The position numbers were made by a program, and so were the translations under genes. Under the pieces are notes generated by a model. The model saw only the letters and a list, made by a program, of their open reading frames with translations. It was not told where the DNA came from and did not search any database. A stretch of 64,000 bases of DNA from Amoebidium appalachense (lineage: Eukaryota; Protista; Ichthyosporea), in NCBI GenBank assembly GCA_963693365.1, contig CAVNZM010000017.1:6686708-6750707 (forward strand), in the 5' to 3' direction. Below, in pieces: positions 35,714 through 64,000 of the stretch. The first letter of the stretch is position 1, and the number at the start of each line of letters is the position of its first letter.

Positions 35714-35822
35714 ATGCGACTTTTGGCGAGAGCTCGGTTTAGGTTGCAGTCCCCTTCGTACACTTAGATCTAAGTAAGCTACGGTAAGTGGCAGAACTTG
35801 TCACCCTAATTCCTCGCCTAGC

Positions 35823-36600
35823 ATGGAGAACGCTGCCTTCAACCTGTATAGCGCCGAGGTTCGCAGGCTCCTTCCGGCTGATAACAACAACAAGTAGGAG
35901 TCGGACGAGCAGCGGTGTGAGCGCCTTCGGCAAACTCGGAACCCGCAGCAAAACGTGCGACGACTCACCTGCGGCGAGTTCGTGGAGTCGCACGCATCTC
36001 TGCAAGCCGTCGAGCATTTTGTGGTTGACGGGCGTTTCCCATTTGGCCCACGGCCCTTGTCGTCAGACGGATTGTTCCCTGGGGGAGACCTCCCCAAGCC
36101 CATCACGGAGGAGGCTGAACAGTGGATAGGGCTGGTCAACGCGGGTGTCCAGGCGCTCAATTTGGTCACTGCACTACCCAAGCTAGCCAATGAGTCGGCG
36201 GACGCCTTTGCGGCCCGTCAGCTTACCCTGCTCCGCGAGCTCGTCGTCGACCTCATCAGTTACGGCGGCGACAGACTCCAGCTGTTGTACATTCGGCGCG
36301 GGGAGGACCACGCAGTTGCAGAGGTCGCCCGCGCCCAAATTGAGAAGACGTACAACCCCAAGTACGGTGCCAAGTGGTCCAAGGCTGTTGCGCATGCCAA
36401 ACAGAAGGAGCGCGAATCCGAGCTGGTTCGCGCATCGGCCAACAAGCAAGCTAGCGAGGGCGGGCCCGCGGGCCCCTACACGCACGAGGGCGGCCGCGGA
36501 GGCTACCCCAACCCAAACAGGACGGCACCAAGTGGCAGTCACTCTACCGGCGCGGGTCCCTTCGCCTTCCTTCTCCCAGCGGCATACGCTGGGCACTGTA
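35823..36600 (+). pseudogene. Element ORF1, putative gag-like protein (one in-frame stop)
   Basis: ATG 35823 is in frame with the listed ORF 35955-36728 through a single TAG at ~35895. Predicted helical body followed by a Gly/Arg/Pro-rich tail (EGGRGGYPNPNR). The gag-like call is by position only; no Zn knuckle is seen and the 3' end is approximate. Confidence 0.55.
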
Positions 36601-36709
36601 CCATAGCGCAGCAATATTCCCCAAAAAATTCGCTTGCTTTGATTTACACTATTCTACCGTGTCAAGTTCCATGTTCTTCCATTCGTTGTTTATTAGGTTG
36701 CTGCGGAAA

Positions 36710-37955
36710 ATGCCCCTCTGGGCCCTGAACTTTGCCACCGCAGCGGAGGACACTGTCCCGGGTGTTTCTGCATCTGCCCCTTCCCCAGCACCTGCGGAGC
36801 CACCAAGGTCGAATTCTCCGTCCCCCGGTGCCCCTGAAGGGGTGATTATTTTGCCCGGTCAAGAAGGTGGTGTGGGGGGCCCAGCTGCGGGGCCCCTTCC
36901 CACTGTGGATGTAAACCCCGCGGCGACGGGGCGTGTTTATGTTTCTCCCTTCGGCGACTTTGGTGCGTGGCGTGCGGCTGTGGTCTAATCTATGCCCCCG
37001 ACCCTCAGGGCAAATGTGGATTGTTTTGATCAGCAACACCCTTGCCGCCACCACCTGGGAGCGCTACCAGATGGAAATTCGGTTTTACCTTCAGTTTTGT
37101 CAAGAGTCCGCCTTCGCCCCTTGGCCCCTCACCGGCACGGTTGCCACTGCGTATGTGGCCAAGTTGATGGAGCGAAATTACGCGCCAGGCACGGTGGTCG
37201 GCAAACTCTCTGCCCTGCGCAAGGTACACAAACTTTGGGGGCTCCCATACCCTCCCCCATCGGTCATGTCCGCCCTCATCCAGGGGTACTCACCCGCACC
37301 CATATGCAGCGTAACCCCGACAAGCTGGCCGACCCGCGGTGGTTCGATGCCGAATGGGTGTCCCTCATCCTCACCCACCAGCCGCAGACCACCGCCGACA
37401 CACAGCGGCGCCTGGGAGTGCTCCTGTTGGCCTACCTCTGGGGCCTGCGGTGGACCACGGTCACCGATCGCGAACTGCTCGCAGAAGACGTGGTTTTTGA
37501 ATGCCCTCACCCACAAGGCCACCGCATCACTCTACGGCTGCGGAAAATCAAGCAAGGAGCGGGCATGTTGCGTGACCCCGTCGTGCGCATGCGAGTGGTG
37601 CCCACCATCTGTGTCCCGGCCCTACAGGCAGTAGTGGCTGCCACCCCCCGTCCCCCCGGCGCCCCCCACTGCATCCTCCCCACCGGTAACGTCAACCACC
37701 AGACCGCGTGCCGATGCAGCGCGAGTTGTGCGCTATCGGCGTGGAGCCCCTGTTAGCCAACGCCGTCACCAGGTCCTTCCACTGCCTCCGTCATGTTAGG
37801 TCGGCGCGGCCAAGGCTGCAGGGGTCTCTGACCAGCAAATTGATTGGCTCCGCGCCTGGCTTGGCGCGAAGCCGGCCACCTACGGCACCGGCCACCAACA
37901 TACAGCCGACAACGTACTGTATTTTGAAGCCCTGCGGGGCCTTGTTTGCAGTTGA
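36710..37955 (+). pseudogene. Tyrosine recombinase (DIRS/Ngaro-type), disrupted by 1 stop and about 4 single-base frameshifts
   Basis: Stitched across frames: Pro-rich leader, core-binding domain (NTLAATTWERYQMEIRFYLQFC...YVAKLMERNYAPGTVVGKLSALRKVH), then catalytic motifs LAYLWGLR (R), RLRKIKQ (K), SFHCLRH (HxxR) and AAGVSDQQIDWLRAWLGAKPATYG (W, Y); TGA 37953-37955. Confidence 0.88.
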
Positions 37956-38030
37956 TTGTGTAAAGGATCTCTAATAGGCTTGTAACGGCGCAATACTTGT
38001 CTGATCATGAAGGCAGCAGTGGACGCAGGT

Positions 38031-38049
38031 AGCAACCATACATCTAAAT
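38031..38049 (+). repeat. Short repeat B1, a copy of the element's right terminus (B2 at 38633-38651)
   Basis: AGCAACCATACATCTAAAT versus AGCAACCATACATTTAAAT (18/19). The terminal AAT of B1 is also the first 3 nt of A2, so B1/A2 reproduces the end-to-start circle junction. Confidence 0.85.
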
Positions 38050-38200
38050 ACTTAGCTTGATTCATCAAGCACTATTTAGAGTGTATTCTAGGGCAATCAA
38101 TGGTTGAAACGGTGTTTCTAACAATGATAGCCCATGGGGTGAGCTCCGTTGGTATATAAGGAGCGAACTCCTCCTAGTCGTTAGCTCATTTCCCAACGTC
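38047..38200 (+). repeat. Direct repeat A2 (154 bp), internal
   Basis: Copy of 35560-35713 with 4 substitutions, immediately preceded by B1. Confidence 0.95.
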
Positions 38201-38313
38201 GCACCCACTTCACCCACCCACCCGCCCGAGCTCTAGGGTGCATCCCAACATTGCATTGCATGCACAGCTTCCGAGCTTTATGCGCACGTCCCCACAACAC
38301 AACACACACACAT

Positions 38314-38354
<41 letters not shown>

Positions 38355-38648
38355 CACACACAACACACGTGCACATGTTCACTCACACATCCGCACACAC
38401 CCGCACACACACACACACGTCACACAAAACACACATATACACGCATGTACACGCACACACGCATGCCCCCCTGCGCACGGGTGGTGGGGGAGGGAGTGAG
38501 GTTTTGGTAAGGATATGAGAACGATGTTGTGGTAAGCCTGTAAAGTGATGTGTGTAGCTGTATGTAAGTGTTGTCGACGATCTCTGATCCATGTGGGATC
38601 ACAGCCTGAACCGAGCTCAAAAAGCAATCGAAAGCAACCATACATTTA

Positions 38649-39070
38649 AATCATCCTCAGTGCCTCCAAATTCCGAGATGAGTAGGGTCTTGGGCGGTTC
38701 CACCGCGCTTTCCATGGCAAGGCGAATCAACGAAAGAATACCCTGGTGTTCTTCGTCATTTGTGTTTGGCCTTAGCAGGCTCACCTCCCCATACATCTCA
38801 TAGTCGGTTGCGTTGGGCATATGCTCAAGTGCATGCTGCAGCGCTTTAGTCCACACCGTGCACGTGTAGACTCTGGTGGTGTCGTCGGGCAGTGTGCGTT
38901 TGTTTGCTTCAGAGAAGTAACGGGAAGAGAAAAACGCACTGACCAGTCTGTGTCTACGGTGGGGCCCCATGCTCTGACAATATCGGCTACCGGTGTGTCG
39001 GAGTTCGGGTAGTTTGCATGTGCGTGGATAAACTCAGATAATGATGGTTCTTCTGTTGACCACTAGTGCT
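38649..39070 (-). pseudogene. LRR protein, 5' part (upstream of the YR insertion)
   Basis: ORF 38617-38970 (...WTKALQHALEHMPNATDYEMYGEV...PKTLLISEFGGTEDD) joins the 3' part in frame once the element is removed. A probable additional frameshift lies near 38930 and the true start is uncertain. Confidence 0.65.
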
Positions 39071-39113
39071 ACGTATGGGTTCTTAGCTATACACATACCA
39101 GTGGAACCAATAG

Positions 39114-39164
<51 letters not shown>

Positions 39165-39338
39165 CACACATGCACACACGCACACCACCCTCTTGCCCGC
39201 CTGCCTGCCTGCCCGCTCACCCCATTTCTCTTCGGCAGAATTGATTTCCCTTTTCTTTTCCTTTCCTTTCTTTCTTTCTTTGTTTGTTTGTCTATTTTTT
39301 TTGTTTTTGCTGGGTGGGTGTGTGGGTGTGTGGGTGCC

Positions 39339-39377
<39 letters not shown>

Positions 39378-39733
39378 GTCCAAGATTAGCTGGTGGAAGA
39401 ACGAAATCTTCATTACTAAGCAATATTCCTACGTTTTTTTGTAGTTTTGTTAAAAGAAAAATAGTAGATTGTTCTCCGGGTCAATTTGGACAAACAACAT
39501 GGGTTTTATTTTGGTTGTACTCTGTTGAAGGGTGTTTCTATTTTGTAAGGTATGGCACATATCTTTTAGATTACTCATCATTTCGCTTGCCATGAAACAT
39601 TCGCGCATGAATAAATGCCTTAAAAGGTGACCTGATACTTCCTCGATTCCCTTTTCATTCTGTAAAATAGATACAAAGAAAAAAGGGTGGTTGGGCGAAT
39701 GGGTGGGTGGGTGGGGAGGCGAGAGTGGAAGGG

Positions 39734-39776
<43 letters not shown>

Positions 39777-40289
39777 AAAGGACGGGATTAAAACTGGAAA
39801 CCACAGCAAGTGCATGAGCGAAAGGAACAAAAGTTCGAGAAAAAAAAGAAGAAAAAAAAAGGAGGAAGGTGAAAGGTTTGAAGCACGACACCAACACACA
39901 CATCCAAAAGAGAGTGACCGACTACAGTTCACACATATTGCTATCTCTAACAACTGTATGTTGACCTCAGCTGATGGGGGTTTGATAGTGTGAACTTGTA
40001 GTGATCTGGTGTGTGCACATCTACCATGTATTTTCAGTTTATGTGGCTGGATGCATGTACATGAAGACATCATCCTACTGCACATGCGCAAGCGCATGTG
40101 CACAGCAATGGATACGGAGGGAAATGGGAAGTTAAGCAAGTGGGGCGTGCATGTGTGCGTGTGTGCGCACTTACGCACGTGTGTACGTGTGCGAGAGCGC
40201 ACGTGTGTCTGCTCGTGCACCGTTGCATACGTGGGATTATGAGTTTGTTTGCGCTTTTGTGTTCGCGTGTATTGCTGTGTGTGTACAGG

Positions 40290-62849
<22,560 letters not shown>

Positions 62850-62927
62850 CTAGTTAGTCTGCTTGTGTGATATCCACCACCCCACACATCAACATCCCCC
62901 ACCCTCCCCAACCCCTCTCCCCCCTCC

Positions 62928-63192
62928 TTCCCACATCCCCTCCTACAAATTCCACATCCCCTCCTACAAATTCCACATCCCCTCCTACAAATTCCACATC
63001 CCCTCCTACAAATTCCACATCCCCTCCTACAAATTCCACATCCCCTCCTACAAATTCCACATCCCCTCCTACAAATTCCACATCCCCTCCTACAAATTCC
63101 ACATCCCCTCCTACAAATTCCACATCCCCTCCTACAAATTCCACATCCCCTCCTACAAATTCCACATCCCCTCCTACAAATTCCACATCCCA
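62928..63192. repeat. 21-bp minisatellite, ~12 copies
   Basis: Unit TTCCACATCCCCTCCTACAAA. Confidence 0.95.
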
Positions 63193-64000
63193 CTCCCCCT
63201 TCCCACATCCCCCTCCCCCTTCCCACATCCCCCTCCCCCTTCCCACATCCCCCTTCCCCTTCCCACATCCCCCTCCCCCTTCCCCACATCCTCCCCCCCC
63301 CCCCCCCCCCCCCCTCTCCTCCTCCTCCTCTTCCGATCAAACCTTTAACCACCACAACAACCATGACAACCATCACCTTACAACAAACATTAAGGAGACT
63401 TGGGGGATGGATTTCGCTTAAGATTGGGGGTGCGCATCAGATCGAGATCGACCAAATTCTATAATTGATCCAGTCGGTCAATCGAGGCCGGGAGGTCCGA
63501 AAATTCAACTTTCAATATAAACCCCATGTCATTTGTGAGAAAATGAAATTTTGATTAGTGGGGGTTGGTTAGTTAGAATATATGTATGTCTACCGGTGGT
63601 TCGAGCTGCCCGTTTTCCTCAGCGTAGGCACATATGGAGGGGGTAGAAATCGATTTTTCCAAGGGCTGACACATCAATATCCATTATGTAATTACCCCCC
63701 ACTTTATTAGTAGAATTTTTTATTCAGGGCAGGTTTCTGCGTTCATTCTCTCTGAATGTATCTTGGAAAATGTGACAAAATCAAAAAAAAAAAGAGCCCC
63801 GAAAGTAAGTTCCGCCGGCTCCCAGACTGACATTTGATCGATCTGATAAGTTGGATCCCCTGCACCGCGGCGTCGGCAAACCATCCATTACGTCACCTTA
63901 AAGAAGCCCAAATACGGTAGAAACTGGTAATTCCTTCTCTTCGGTTCATCAGAAACACTTATCGAAGCCAAACAGAGAAAGGGTACCGACACAGAAGAAA

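Larger units (their letters stand above)
35560..38651 (+). mobile_element. Tyrosine-recombinase element with split direct repeats (Ngaro/PAT/TOC1-like architecture) lacking RT/RNase H
   Basis: Begins and ends with AAT (35560-35562, 38649-38651). Layout: A1 35560-35713, ORF1, YR, B1 38031-38049 fused to A2 38047-38200, ~430-bp spacer, B2 38633-38651. Excision leaving one AAT rejoins the flanking LRR gene in frame (...EFGGTEDD|CVSHEYVDIF...). Confidence 0.88.

Noticed and set aside
37880-38068. Two minus-strand ORFs starting MMNQAKY (also 35009-35581), suggesting paralogous genes
   Set aside because: The shared N-terminus is just the antisense of repeat A, and the LDVWLL/LNVWLL similarity is the antisense of repeat B.
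35560-38200. LTR retrotransposon or TRIM bounded by the two 154-bp repeats
   Set aside because: No TG...CA ends, target-site duplication or DDE integrase. The enzyme is a tyrosine recombinase and the real right end is at 38651.
35549-38204. 7-bp inverted match GTGCGAC/GTCGCAC flanking A1 and A2
   Set aside because: Too short, and the left copy lies within LRR coding sequence outside the AAT boundary, so it is probably chance.
63400-64000. Unique sequence at the right edge as further CHD1L exons or a new gene
   Set aside because: No SNF2 motif or convincing ORF was found in either orientation. It may be intronic or TE-derived and cannot be called.

Overview
Eukaryotic, very intron-rich DNA, probably from a unicellular opisthokont/holozoan (inference from gene content; the species cannot be identified from this window). 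Introns are saturated with poly-G/poly-C, (CA)n/(GT)n and (GA)n tracts, so nearly all six-frame ORFs are low-complexity artefacts. Three spliced host genes can be reconstructed by hand: (1) a Ser-rich plus coiled-coil protein of unknown family on the minus strand, running off the left edge; (2) a complete 28-exon FCHO/muniscin (F-BAR + mu-homology domain) on the plus strand, 7268-28299; (3) a 5'-truncated CHD1L/ALC1 remodeller (SNF2 ATPase + macrodomain + C-terminal BRCT) on the minus strand, ending at 40290, which contains a U12-type AT-AC intron. Between FCHO and CHD1L, a decayed LRR gene is split by a 3.09-kb tyrosine-recombinase element (35560-38651). The element has split direct repeats (A1-ORF1-YR-B1/A2-spacer-B2), AAT at both ends and no reverse transcriptase. 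Removing it restores the LRR reading frame exactly. This RT-less element is the best candidate for an undescribed system. Second is the transcription-polarised microsatellite architecture of the introns: (GT)n at donors and (CA)n replacing the polypyrimidine tract at acceptors.
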